Assembly: GCA_015680685.1 (NCBI GenBank)
Contig: MNCI01002922.1
Coordinates: 50,955 to 114,954, forward strand
Origin: Gnetum montanum
Taxonomy: Eukaryota; Plantae; Gnetophyta
DNA length: 64,000 nucleotides
Direction: 5' to 3'
Part shown: positions 26,901 through 38,660 of the stretch, piece by piece
Layout: each line of letters begins with the position of its first letter
Position numbering within the stretch: the first letter of the stretch is position 1
Translations under genes and position numbers: made by a program
The notes under the pieces: model-generated
The model's input: the letters and a program-made list of their open reading frames with translations, nothing else
Databases searched by the model: none
Told to the model about the DNA's origin: nothing

Positions 26901-29075
26901 AGCATTTGAATTCAACAAATATTCAGATTTTCTTACATCTCGACACCTGCAGACTCTGACAGATTATTACATCTTTGTTTATGGTTTTCTATCACCGGTC
27001 AGAGCTCATGTTAGAGTTTCGATCAGAGGTTGTCACGGCCCAAAAGAATGCTTCATGTGGCCCTAGCATGAACAGCAGATAGATTTTATGATAGATACAT
27101 TAGCTGTCTACGCTGTCTGAATGCTCAAAAAGTGAATAGAGGAAAGCCATTCAGCAATTTCTGAGTTAACATCACCTTACTTTGTCAGCCATATTAGAGC
27201 TGATTTGCAAGAAAAAAAAGTCACAATAATAGCTTATTTTAGTTCAAAAAATTCAATGGAGTAAATGGATTTTCACTATGATACATAGTTAGAAAACCCA
27301 AAAACTTGCACATAACAACTCTGAGTGAAAGAATTCCTAATCTTGTTCATTAATTAAAAATAATAATTTTACCAAAGATGCGATAGCTCAATTGGTAATT
27401 TGTTGGTTAGTCAAGTGATATATCTTGGGTTAGAGTTTCAACCAAGGCAAGTACCACTGGGAGGCCAGGTAAAAATAAAAGATCATATTGGCATTAGATA
27501 GCCAACAACCGTAAAATTCATCATCAAAACTTCTGCCTGCCTATACGATCTGCCCAAGTTCATGGGATAAACAAATCATGACGATGATGAAGAATGGAAA
27601 AGTAAAGTTCTATCCAAATCCTTATCCATTAAATTCAAATTGAAATAAAGCCTTATTCACATTGCAACATAATAAATGTCACAATGCAAAAGCAAGGCAT
27701 CAAAATTCCTATTTAATTTGTTCTTGCCCTATTCATTGCACAGGAATCTTCACCAAAAATACTCAGAGCATCCAATCCCTCCCAACAAATTACAGGAACC
27801 ATTGAACAAGATAGAAAACATCAGGGTTTGCAGCATAGCCGTGGGAGCCAGGCTTTTGTCACTTTTAATATGGTTTAGATAATTCTAGAAGTAGCTCCCA
27901 AATATCTATGCAAGTAAGACTGCTCCAATGAAATTTGACAACAAAAGGATCACACTCAGAAGTAGGGAAGATGGTATGATGATGGTCTTCAAGAATATCA
28001 AACTGAGAGAAGAAATTTCAAGGCCCTGTAACAATAAGTTACTACATCATCATTCAACAATGAGAGTAGTGATGGGTTTCTGTTAAATATGATCAATCTG
28101 TGGGTGATCAGAGCAAATTGATTTGCCCATAAATAAATTAACGGTTGCAAGGATTGTTCATTCACAAATGAAAACAAGTGAATCAAAATATGACAAAATT
28201 AATAACAAAGACAACTTAAGGAATAATTCATAGTAACAAAAATAAGAAAAATTAATATTTGCATGGTTAAAACCAAGTTTCTAGCCATTTATGCAAATTT
28301 GATTAAAACAAAACATCGAAGTTGGAAGACGTTAGCACGTATTTTGATACCTGTTATCAAAGGAAGCCGCGTCTTGACCACCCAAAGACGATTGAAATAC
28401 TCCAACTGAGTCTTCGGCTTGTGAGAAATGCGGCACTGTACTCACACCGACTGGTAGTGGAGCTGAGGGATGACCAGAAATGAAATCATGCTCTGGGGGA
28501 ATATGAAAATAGCGATGCCTGTAACGCCAATAAAGAAGGGGTAGAGTTGCAAAACATCCCACAGCATATCCCACAACCCAAACATGTAATGGAGCCTGCG
28601 GCTTTTCGTGTCGTGACAGTGCCAGAACGATGACAGAAGCGACTATCTGGCTAACAGTTATAGTAAGTTCCATCAATATCCAGAGACCTGAATTCAAAGG
28701 GTTAGTCCTGTGCCGGGATCCATAACCATTTCCACTGTCACTGAATTCATCCACTCCGGAATCAGAAATGTTTCTCAGTGCTACTGAGGATGGTGACTGC
28801 GGCTCGGTTACATGAGTGCTGCGAGAGGAATCGAAAGGAACCACAACAGCAACGTCAGTATCAGATGTGGATCTTTGGTGGCTCTGACTCAACAATGTTT
28901 GGTATTGTTCCTCATCAGATGGCTCTGTATCAGCTGGTATATGCACAACCGTGTGATCTTGACTCGTTAACAGAACTGCCCCTGGACGTTCATTCAGTAA
29001 CGGGTCCCTGTCACTGATAGCATGATTGACATCGCTTTCACTGTGCAAATTCTCGTACCCTGAGCTTCCAGCCAT
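17960..29075 (-). CDS. Transmembrane RING-H2 E3 ubiquitin ligase (At1g63170/At4g11680-like), about 456 aa; complement(join(17960..18172,18254..18560,18692..18817,28351..29075))
   Basis: Motifs [60 protein letters not shown] and the C-terminal RING-H2 [35 protein letters not shown] introns with phases 2/2/0 are consistent. N-terminal DRDPLL is a dileucine-type motif. Confidence 0.95.
19014..19436. mobile_element. hAT-type MITE (423 bp) in the RING intron
   Basis: TIRs CAGTGTTtcaCAGG / CCTGcatAACACTG; perfect 8-bp TSD ATGATTTG (19006-13 and 19437-44); subterminal GGGAC motifs. Confidence 0.9.
20809..21143 (+). mobile_element. Short LTR plus tRNA-iMet PBS (truncated element)
   Basis: TGTTGG...TTAACA (20809-21130) followed by TGGTATCAGAGC. 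Confidence 0.65.
21700..22650 (-). mobile_element. Degenerate Copia integrase region
   Basis: The - strand encodes EFTSNE and PYTPQQN-like integrase motifs near 22030-22130. Confidence 0.6.
25847..26515 (+). mobile_element. Solo LTR (669 bp)
   Basis: TGTT...AACA termini, 5-bp TSD TCATG (25842-46 and 26516-20), internal TATAAAT. Confidence 0.85.
27377..27480 (+). mobile_element. Decayed tRNA-derived SINE
   Basis: A-box-like TAGCTCAATTGG, B-box-like GGTTAGAGT and an A-rich tail. Confidence 0.4.
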
Positions 29076-30969
29076 GAATGTTTTCAGCCTCCTTATATTA
29101 CCCCCGCGGACCCGCCCAAAAACAGTTCTCGAACCTAAAAGCTAAGCATCGGCGAAGACACACAAATTCCTTTCATCAATAAATGGGGCAAAAATGGCAC
29201 TTCATGAATGCTTCATATACATATCAATAAATGCATTTCCGGAATTTCAAAGAACCAATGATCACAGAACGAGCTGAAACCTTGTAAAAACAAAAATTGC
29301 AATTCATGAATATTTCAAGAAGAAGACCTTTCTGACCTGGAAAGCTGTAAGATGCACCAATAAAGATGAATAATACATTTATTCATTCGATTCAATGATC
29401 AAGCGTTCCTCGTGTACAAATAGCAGATTTTTTAACTCGATTGCCGTAAATCAAAATATTAAATTAAGCATTGATCCTTTACACAAAGGTCGAAAACGAC
29501 ATTGCAACATTGAAAAATCATATGAATTTGCACCACCAATGCCAAATTTTCTATTAGTCATCAGCGTCGGAATATAACAGATTAACAACAAATTTACCTG
29601 ATTGTCCTCCAATTCCGCTCAAATTCGAAAATGTCCCGAGGATTCATCATCGAAGCGCAGGTTCCTACAGATAACGGGGTAATGAAACGCATAATCGCAC
29701 ACAAGCGAGGTCAGGAATCATCGGCTGCCCATTCCACCACGCAGAATCAATCGATTCCAGAAATTTCAATGCCGCAAAAGGCTGCTACAGGTTTTCCACA
29801 GACTCTCCTCCTTCGAATTCCAGGTCAAAGACCGAAAAATGAAGCCAATCTTACAACGAAATCCCAGGCAAGGATTTACTCAATCTAGCGCCTCGGGACG
29901 CAAAAAACTTCGTCAAACCAGCATCGTAGGAAAAAGAAATCCTCTCCTTAGCCAGCAAGGCAAGATCCTAAACATTGCTGCGCAAATAAAGCAAGCAAAA
30001 CCCTAGCGATGGAAAACCTTAAAATTTACAGCTCCTGCTTGTGCGTGGATCTTTCGCCTGCAGAGTGTTGATTTAGAATTGACTAATTCTCCGGAAAAGA
30101 AACTAAAATAAATGATTGCATAAAAAAAAATGATGTGCGGCCTGTAACATCCAAGTGCGCCGAAAACAAGCAGGACTGGGTCCAATCCAATCCGATCCAA
30201 TCCAGATGCACGACTCGTTGGATTTCACAGATTCGCCTCTCACGTCTTGCGCATTCCTAATTCCAATTATAGGAATTTGCATTATATACTCCGTTTTTTT
30301 TTATTTGGTACGTTCCAACTTCATAAAATGACGACGTTTTTGTAGCCTCAAAATGAGAAGCAAATGCACACATCTTAAAGTGCTTAATTTCCGTCCTTTT
30401 CATTTCCAAAAATAAATTCCTAATAATTGCCTAGATAGCTTGGTCTAGTCCCGGCCGATAAAAATAGCCGTGAATACCAACCCCGTGGAAGCCATCTTTC
30501 TTTCCGTACTTTGGCAACGAAGGTGCATGAACCTTGCGGATTTTGGCTCTCCAATGACATTGCTTTAATGTGTTTTTAATTGTTTCAGTGGTGGATGGAT
30601 AAGTTTATTGCTATTTATAGTGTATATGTGTGTGTTTGACACAAGGAGATTCTGGGTCGGTAACACAACCTCTATTTACTTGGCAAGGCATAAGAGTGTC
30701 TATCATAAAGCTACTGCCACATGTGCAAGGAAAGGGAAGTCTTTATGAAAAATAAGTCTTGACTACTACATTACACTTCGAAATAATCCAAGTAATATAG
30801 AATAATTAAAAAAAGGTCTAATCATTATTAAGAATTTCATGTTCTTGTTGTTTGAGACAAGGAAACTTGGATCTAGAAACATAATTCCCGCTTGCATAAA
30901 AAGGTAGATCTAACCCACTTTAATTGTGTCCCACCACAAAGCTACTCATGGTTGCCATACCTATAAGTG

Positions 30970-31775
30970 GAGAGAGATATTGAACCTACAACCTCCCTTT
31001 TAAGAGACATACTACATTACAACATTTCATTATTGAAGTAGAAGCATTCACTATCATTCTAACATAGTATCATTATGTTTTGCTTAAATTCTACTAATAA
31101 TGAACTATTAGTCTAGTGCTAAGACTCCTAAGTTGAAAGCTCTAAGTCATGAGTTCGATTCTAGTGAACAATGTTGAGTTATGTATCTTGGGATGTAGCT
31201 ATATTACAATTATTTGACACAATTTGTGATTTGAAGCTTATAGGTTTGATTATGATGGTATGTTGATCTAGGTGCTAGAACCTAAAATAATTATATGTTG
31301 ATCTAACCTATGTTATGTTTTGACAAAAGTATCATTAGGAGAATTAGAACATGAAACCTTTTTTTTAACAATATTTACCCACAAGACATATAGTCAAATT
31401 AGAATTTTATACCTTAGCATCATCTAATAGAATCGAACCCATAGCTGAAAACTTCCAAATTAAGATTCTTATCATTATGCTAACAAAAGATTGTGGTGGA
31501 GGAAGGAGAGAGTAGGGTGTGGAGGGAGGGTAGATGGGGGAATAGTGTTGGTATCCAAAAAAACTGTAATATAATTCAATTAGAACCCTGTAACTTAACA
31601 TTGCCCACCAAAATCAAACTCAAGGCTTGCAACTTTCAAATCAAGAGTCTTACCACTAGGGTGACACAAAAGAACAATGAGGTAAGACATTTGATTTGAA
31701 AGTCATGGGTTTAGCTATGGTAGGTAATGCTGAGTTATATATCTTAAGGTATACCTATATTAGAATTATTTTGGG
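30970..31775. mobile_element. Cluster of decayed tRNA-like SINE copies on both strands
   Basis: A/B-box-like motifs (TAGTCTAGTG..GAGTTCGATTC at about 31108-31161; GAATCGAACCC at 31430) and a shared body aatgytgagttatrtatctt at about 31170 and 31726. Confidence 0.45.
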
Positions 31776-31951
31776 GTTTCAACACCTCCATGTTATTCTA
31801 GATTTTTATCCAGCATATGATTTCTCTAGAATTCTTCTATAGGGGATTCTATATTAGGCCCAACTTTTTCAACTAATGTTGAAATTTTCACTTTTTGATC
31901 AATGCAAAAATTTCTATTGATTCTCAAAATGTAGATTTACAAGTTGGTAAG

Positions 31952-34900
31952 TGATGAAAGCGGTTACTCTAATAATTAGAGTGGTTATTATTAGAGCAGG
32001 TACTCTAATTATTAGAGTGGTAATTATTAAAGTAGTAGTTTCTCTAAAATTAGTGGGGCAATTTCTCTAAAATTAGAGTGGCAGTTTTTGTAATTATTAG
32101 AGTAGTTGCTCCCAAGCCTATAAATACAGTGCCTAGGCGCACAATTCAAGGGGAAGTCAAGAAAAAGTCTTGAAAAGGAGTCAAGGAAAAAGTCTAAAAA
32201 GAAGTCTTGAAAAAAGGGTCTTAGGAAGTCTTAGAGAAGTCTTTTAGGAGTCAAGTTAGAGTATTTTCCAAGTGCCCACAGCAAGAGGTCTAAGTGTGGA
32301 CGGATCTTTATTCGAGCATTGTGTACATGAGCACACCTTGTGTACGGCAATAAAGACGAGCTCTTTGATTCATCCTTGCAGCACTTAAGATTTGTTTTCT
32401 TGCTCATTTCCTTTATTTTATTTTCTTTTGCATTTATTTTATTTTATTTTACATTTCTGTTATTAGCACACACAGTATGATCACTTCGAGCATGTGTGCA
32501 ACACTTGGTAACCCAGTAACGATTAGCGTTTGGTAATCCCAGTAGTGTTGCGCTAGTTCAGGATGTGTACGGAAAGTGAGAACGAATATTAGTGTTAGGA
32601 TTAGTTTAGAGCTTAGTTAATCAATAGTTAAGTTAAATTAGTCACTTAGTTATCTCTCTCTTTCCCTATTAGCACAAGACATAAAAACATAAAAGCTATA
32701 AAAATCATATGCCTCAAGCTTACTTAACCATACAATTGTGACATACAAGTAAGTTTGGGAAGACAACGATCAACCAACACTTCCTTATTCCATAAGGGCG
32801 CATAAGCACTTAGTCCTTGGAATTTGACCGGACCATGCGTGAAACACTCGTATTCGTATGGTTGAGTGTAAAGGTACCTCGCCACTCATTATTGGCACCA
32901 TTGTCTAGGACTTAGTTGTTTGTGCGCTAACTAGAACATAGGAAATCATTCACATCGTTGGAACGAACCCTTAGGGTTGGTTGAGAAAATAATAAACAAG
33001 AGTGCATTGCACACTGAACAGAAAAATATGTCTCCTTCTTCGTACAAAAGAGCCTCACACCTAGGAATCCACGATCTTTCCCTAGAAATATCAAAGAAAA
33101 ATACATTTAGAAAGATTGAGAAGAAGAAAGTTCTATGCATCACATACAGTGACACAAGGTGTAATTGCGTGTAGAGGTCATGGTTTGTGCAAAGTTTCAC
33201 ATTGCCTGCATGCAATTAGTGTGCACAGGTGATTAACATACAAAGATGCTTTGTATGCAATGGCCACACAACAGGAAGGCACCCAGTGGCTGGCAGTTGA
33301 TCAAGAAAGCATTTTACTCATATGCATGGAACTAACTGAGGGTTTTACTTGTGCTTACATTGATAGCATAGATGCATTAGAGCAAGTCCACCGCCAACTT
33401 CCAAGTCTTAACCTTGAAAATGTCAACTGGGGGAAGTTGGAAATCCCTGAGAAATTTAAGCAGGAGCCCCTCGAGCTGAAACCATTGCCCACCAGTATGG
33501 AATACACGTTCCTTAAAAATAGAAAACTGGTAATTATCAACGCTAAGCTTGCTCCTCAATAGAAAGAAGAATTGCTGAAGGTAATCAATAGATGGTCAAA
33601 AGCCTTTGCTTGGTCATATCCCGAATTAACCGAAATANNNNNNNNNNNNNNNNNNNNNNNNNNNNNNNNNNNNNNNNNNNNNNNNNNNNNNNNNNNNNNN
33701 NNNNNNNNNNNNNNNNNNNNNNNNNNNNNNNNNNNNNNNNNNNNNNNNNNNNNNNNNNNNNNNNNNNNNNNNNNNNNNNNNNNNNNNNNNNNNNNNNNNN
33801 NNNNNNNNNNNNNNNNNNNNNNNNNNNNNNNNNNNNNNNNNNNNNNNNNNNNNNNNNNNNNNNNNNNNNNNNNNNNNNNNNNNNNNNNNNNNNNNNNNNN
33901 NNNNNNNNNNNNNNNNNNNNNNNNNNNNNNNNNNNNNNNNNNNNNNNNNNNNNNNNNNNNNNNNNNNNNNNNNNNNNNNNNNNNNNNNNNNNNNNNNNNN
34001 NNNNNNNNNNNNNNNNNNNNNNNNNNNNNNNNNNNNNNNNNNNNNNNNNNNNNNNNNNNNNNNNNNNNNNNNNNNNNNNNNNNNNNNNNNNNNNNNNNNN
34101 NNNNNNNNNNNNNNNNNNNNNNNNNNNNNNNNNNNNNNNNNNNNNNNNNNNNNNNNNNNNNNNNNNNNNNNNNNNNNNNNNNNNNNNNNNNNNNNNNNNN
34201 NNNNNNNNNNNNNNNNNNNNNNNNNNNNNNNNNNNNNNNNNNNNNNNNNNNNNNNNNNNNNNNNNNNNNNNNNNNNNNNNNNNNNNNNNNNNNNNNNNNN
34301 NNNNNNNNNNNNNNNNNNNNNNNNNNNNNNNNNNNNNNNNNNNNNNNNNNNNNNNNNNNNNNNNNNNNNNNNNNNNNNNNNNNNNNNNNNNNNNNNNNNN
34401 NNNNNNNNNNNNNNNNNNNNNNNNNNNNNNNNNNNNNNNNNNNNNNAGGGGCCATGACAATATACAAACCTAAGAGCCCAGATAAGAAACTTTTGGTCAA
34501 CATGCAACAAACCAAACTTTTCTAGGAGCTTAGGACAGCCAATACACATGCTACCTCTCTTGATGGACAACCTTGCTCACTATTTCGGATCTCCTCCTTC
34601 CAACTTAGTCATGGGGGAGATGGCCTCCTATGCCAACCGTTCTAAGATCTTAAATCTTTTTGAATTTCTGTTTTACACATTTTTTGTTTTACACATTCTT
34701 TCAACTTTTCTTATTTTTTTTTTACACCATTGTTCATGTTTTTACTATTTCTTTGTTTGCTTGATTGCTTTTATTCGTCATCCAGTAAGTGCTCATGATG
34801 GTGGATTGAATTATATCATATTGATTGCTAATGTTTGGTTTTTACCTTTGAATTATGATGCTGATATTAAGGTATGGTTCTTTTGATAAAACAGGCAATG

Positions 34901-35922
34901 AGTCCATGTCTTCCACTCACCCATACAACTCTATGGTCTCCTTTGGCTTGGAACTGTACAGTCCCCTTTTTCTAAGTAAACTTNNNNNNNNNNNNNNNNN
35001 NNNNNNNNNNNNNNNNNNNNNNNNNNNNNNNNNNNNNNNNNNNNNNNNNNNNNNNNNNNNNNNNNNNNNNNNNNNNNNNNNNNNNNNNNNNNNNNNNNNN
35101 NNNNNNNNNNNNNNNNNNNNNNNNNNNNNNNNNNNNNNNNNNNNNNNNNNNNNNNNNNNNNNNNNNNNNNNNNNNNNNNNNNNNNNNNNNNNNNNNNNNN
35201 NNNNNNNNNNNNNNNNNNNNNNNNNNNNNNNNNNNNNNNNNNNNNNNNNNNNNNNNNNNNNNNNNNNNNNNNNNNNNNNNNNNNNNNNNNNNNNNNNNNN
35301 NNNNNNNNNNNNNNNNNNNNNNNNNNNNNNNNNNNNNNNNNNNNNNNNNNNNNNNNNNNNNNNNNNNNNNNNNNNNNNNNNNNNNNNNNNNNNNNNNNNN
35401 NNNNNNNNNNNNNNNNNNNNNNNNNNNNNNNNNNNNNNNNNNNNNNNNNNNNNNNNNNNNNNNNNNNNNNNNNNNNNNNNNNNNNNNNNNNNNNNNNNNN
35501 NNNNNNNNNNNNNNNNNNNNNNNNNNNNNNNNNNNNNNNNNNNNNNNNNNNNNNNNNNNNNNNNNNNNNNNNNNNNNNNNNNNNNNNNNNNNNNNNNNNN
35601 NNNNNNNNNNNNNNNNNNNNNNNNNNNNNNNNNNNNNNNNNNNNNNNNNNNNNNNNNNNNNNNNNNNNNNNNNNNNNNNNNNNNNNNNNNNNNNNNNNNN
35701 NNNNNNNNNNNNNNNNNNNNNNNNNNNNNNNNNNNNNNNNNNNNNNNNNNNNNNNNNNNNNNNNNNNNNNCCTGGGAGCAACTACTCTAATAATTACAAA
35801 AACTGCCACTCTAATTTTAGAGAAACTACCCCACTAATTTTAGAGAAACTGCCACTCTAATTTTAGAGAAACTGCCACTCTAATAATAACCACTCTAATT
35901 ATTAGAGTAACTGCTCTCATCA
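31952..35922 (+). mobile_element. Athila-like element A2: 5' LTR 31952-32891, PBS, pol remnants, right end an inverted LTR start; TSD GTAAG
   Basis: PBS-like TGGCACCATTGTCTAGGA at 32893. LELKPLP..YTFL..VIINAKL..EELLKV..AFAWS is the pre-RT region and GAMTI..LVNMQQTKLF resembles the integrase C-terminus. Internal PPT AGTCATGGGGGAG at 34607. Two N gaps lie inside. Confidence 0.8.
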
Positions 35923-37249
35923 GTAAGAAAAAAAATTGTGACACCTACATCTAGTGATGTTGATGTAACTAAGACACCTAATTTTATTCTTCCTTATTAA
36001 TTATATAAGTTATTAGTTGTTGATCTTTCATTACAATATGTGTTCATCGCAATTTTGGGTTACTTACCTCATAATCTAAGTTTTGTTTCACAATTAAATG
36101 ATATGATAGTGATGAGTCGCCATTTTAGTTAACCGTGATATCGTAGCCTGTCTCCTCATCTATAAATAAGAGGTAGATAATTCCGATAGAGGGTTTTTCA
36201 ATTCTTAGTTTAAGTGTTAAGTTTTATGTAGTTCTTCTCTTAACCCTTCTCTCCTAGTGTATGGTCGTAGTGTGGTGATTGTAATTGTACGACATCCTTA
36301 TTTGAGTGTGATGTACTTGGACACGCACATGACCGGAAATAAAGATCGAGATTACTTCATCATTGTAGCATTCAATTAGCTTAATTATTGATTTAATTAT
36401 TATTAATTACTTTCTTAGTTAATATCTCTTCACCTAAACTCCTATTAAACGCGGAATGAGTATGAGTTGATTATGAGCATTTAAGTGTGACTACTTGGTA
36501 ACTAAGTAGCATACCTAGGATCTGCGCTTGGTAATCCCAATGGTAATCATGCACAAAGTCCAAGATGTGTATGGATGATCGAGGAACAAATGCTCATTGC
36601 ACTTAAGCTAGCTTAGATTCTCTCTCACTCTCTCCCTCTTAACTTAGTTAATATCATTTCCCATTGTATTTAGGAGTAGCAATAGTATAGGAACACATCA
36701 TACACCTCATTCTAGACTAAACCATAGGTGACAAAGTTAACACTAGTCCAAATGGAAAGACAGCGAATTGTGACCTAAGGATAACTATCTTGATACCACA
36801 ACTAGCCTGTCTGCGGAGTTCAACCGGATCACACGTGAAACGCTCGTATTCGTATAGTTGAGTGTAGGGGTACCTCGCTGGTCATCATTGGCACCGTTGT
36901 CGGGGATGGTGCTAGTTATCTAGATTAGTTATATCATACAAGGTCGCTGTACAAGAATTAATGATATATCTTTTAGAAAGAAATAATTACAAAAAGTCAC
37001 ATACGAATTCAGACACAGTTTCACAATCATGCCTCTCCTACAAGACTATGATAATGCCACATCTAGTGAGGCAATTCATTGGAGAACCAATGAATTATTT
37101 GACAATGAAGATTGGAGTATGCAATCCGAAGTGGGGGTTTCTTATAAACATAAATGAAAGCAACATCGTCCCAACACACGAAAGCATAACTTACCTGATG
37201 ACGATGAACCCCTACTGGCCATTACAAGCCTAACGCAAATACAAGAGGC

Positions 37250-38660
37250 TGTTCGAATCTCTCGTAGGCATCGTAAAGAGAGCCATCTACGTAGGCTCAA
37301 TTTAAACAACTTCCCTAATTTCTTAGGCGGCTATGACTTAGATCTGCATCAACATTTACAAGCCTTCTACGATGCCTGCGCATGGAACAACATTGATAAT
37401 GGTTGGCAAAAACTCAAGCTCTTCCCTATGACACTCGTTGGCCAAGAAAAAGTATGGTATAGATCTTTAAAACCAAATTCAATACAACGTTGGCCAACAA
37501 TGGTAGAAGTATTTAATGAAAGAAATCAAACCTACACAAGAGTGTCGGCCTTGAGGAAACAAATCCAAGAGTGGAAACAAGCACAACATGAACCCTTGGA
37601 CATGGCCTTAGAAAGATATTATGCACTATTAAACAACTGTCCAGGCTATGAGTTCTTCAAAGAAAGGCTAATGTACCATATCATTGATGGGCTTCGTGAT
37701 GAAACAAGAAAGATCCTAGGGATGTATGCCCAAGGACAACTATACAAAATAAGAACCCATCAATTACAAGAGCTTATTAAGCGGGTAGCAAAAGAAGAAG
37801 GAGAAATGGTTGGATGGGAGAGTGTTGAAAAACATCAACGGGACCAAAATCTCAACTTAACAAAGGTCCATAATCACAAAAAGGAGAAATCAACCTACCA
37901 TAAGAGGAAAGAACCATCTTTGCCGGTACAACAATCGTTAGAGGAAGTCGAGGCAAAGATCAATAAGATGTTGGAATGGACACATAAAAAGTGTGGAGAA
38001 TATATCGATATCATTGGAGATAGAGTTTTGACAACTCAAGAAGCAGGACAAAGTATCAATAGACAATCAGAAAGAAGGGATAAGAAAAATAAGAGCTCAA
38101 CTGCCAGTCACACGTATGAATGCAACATTTGCCTATACGATCACCCCAAGAGCTAATTCCCAATCTTGTTACATTTATATGAGCATTGGGGAAACACGTT
38201 ACACCTAGAGTTTGTACAAAGATACTATGTTCAATCACTATGGCAACAATCCCAGTCATGGGGGAAGCCATCCCTAAACTAAAGACACCCTTCATACCAT
38301 CCAAATCAAAATGCTTATCTAGTTCAACATCCCGTTTCCCCAATTGGGCCAACATACTCTATCCTGTTGCATTATCATTCTCCTCAATACTATCAGCCCA
38401 TGTCCTCAACACAATCACTACCTTGTGTACCACACACTTCTCCTAATTTTCAACATTCTCATCCTTTCCCTCCTTCTACATCACCACCAACTGTTCCTAA
38501 GGTGTCTTCACCACAGCAACAACCCCCAAACGTTACTTGTGCTACTATTGCCAACAGTAGTGAGAGACCTCAACAACATCGAAGGCGTCTCTTCTTTAGA
38601 AATGACCCTAGGAAGGGACAACACAATTCCAAGGCCACTACATCCTTCAACTCAGCATAA
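37250..38660 (+). pseudogene. gag: Retrotransposon gag (largest ORF 37428-38156) with Pro-rich tail
   Basis: KLKLFPMTL..WYRSLKPNSIQRW..RKQIQEWKQ..E.L..ALERY fits the Retrotrans_gag pattern; CNICLYDHPK; RRRLFFR. Confidence 0.85.

Noticed and set aside
31105-31170. Functional tRNA gene
   Set aside because: A/B boxes are present but I could not build a cloverleaf; better explained as a SINE head.
33556-35809. Long ORFs of about 270-320 aa in the ORF track (also 41136-41786)
   Set aside because: They are runs of N translated as X.
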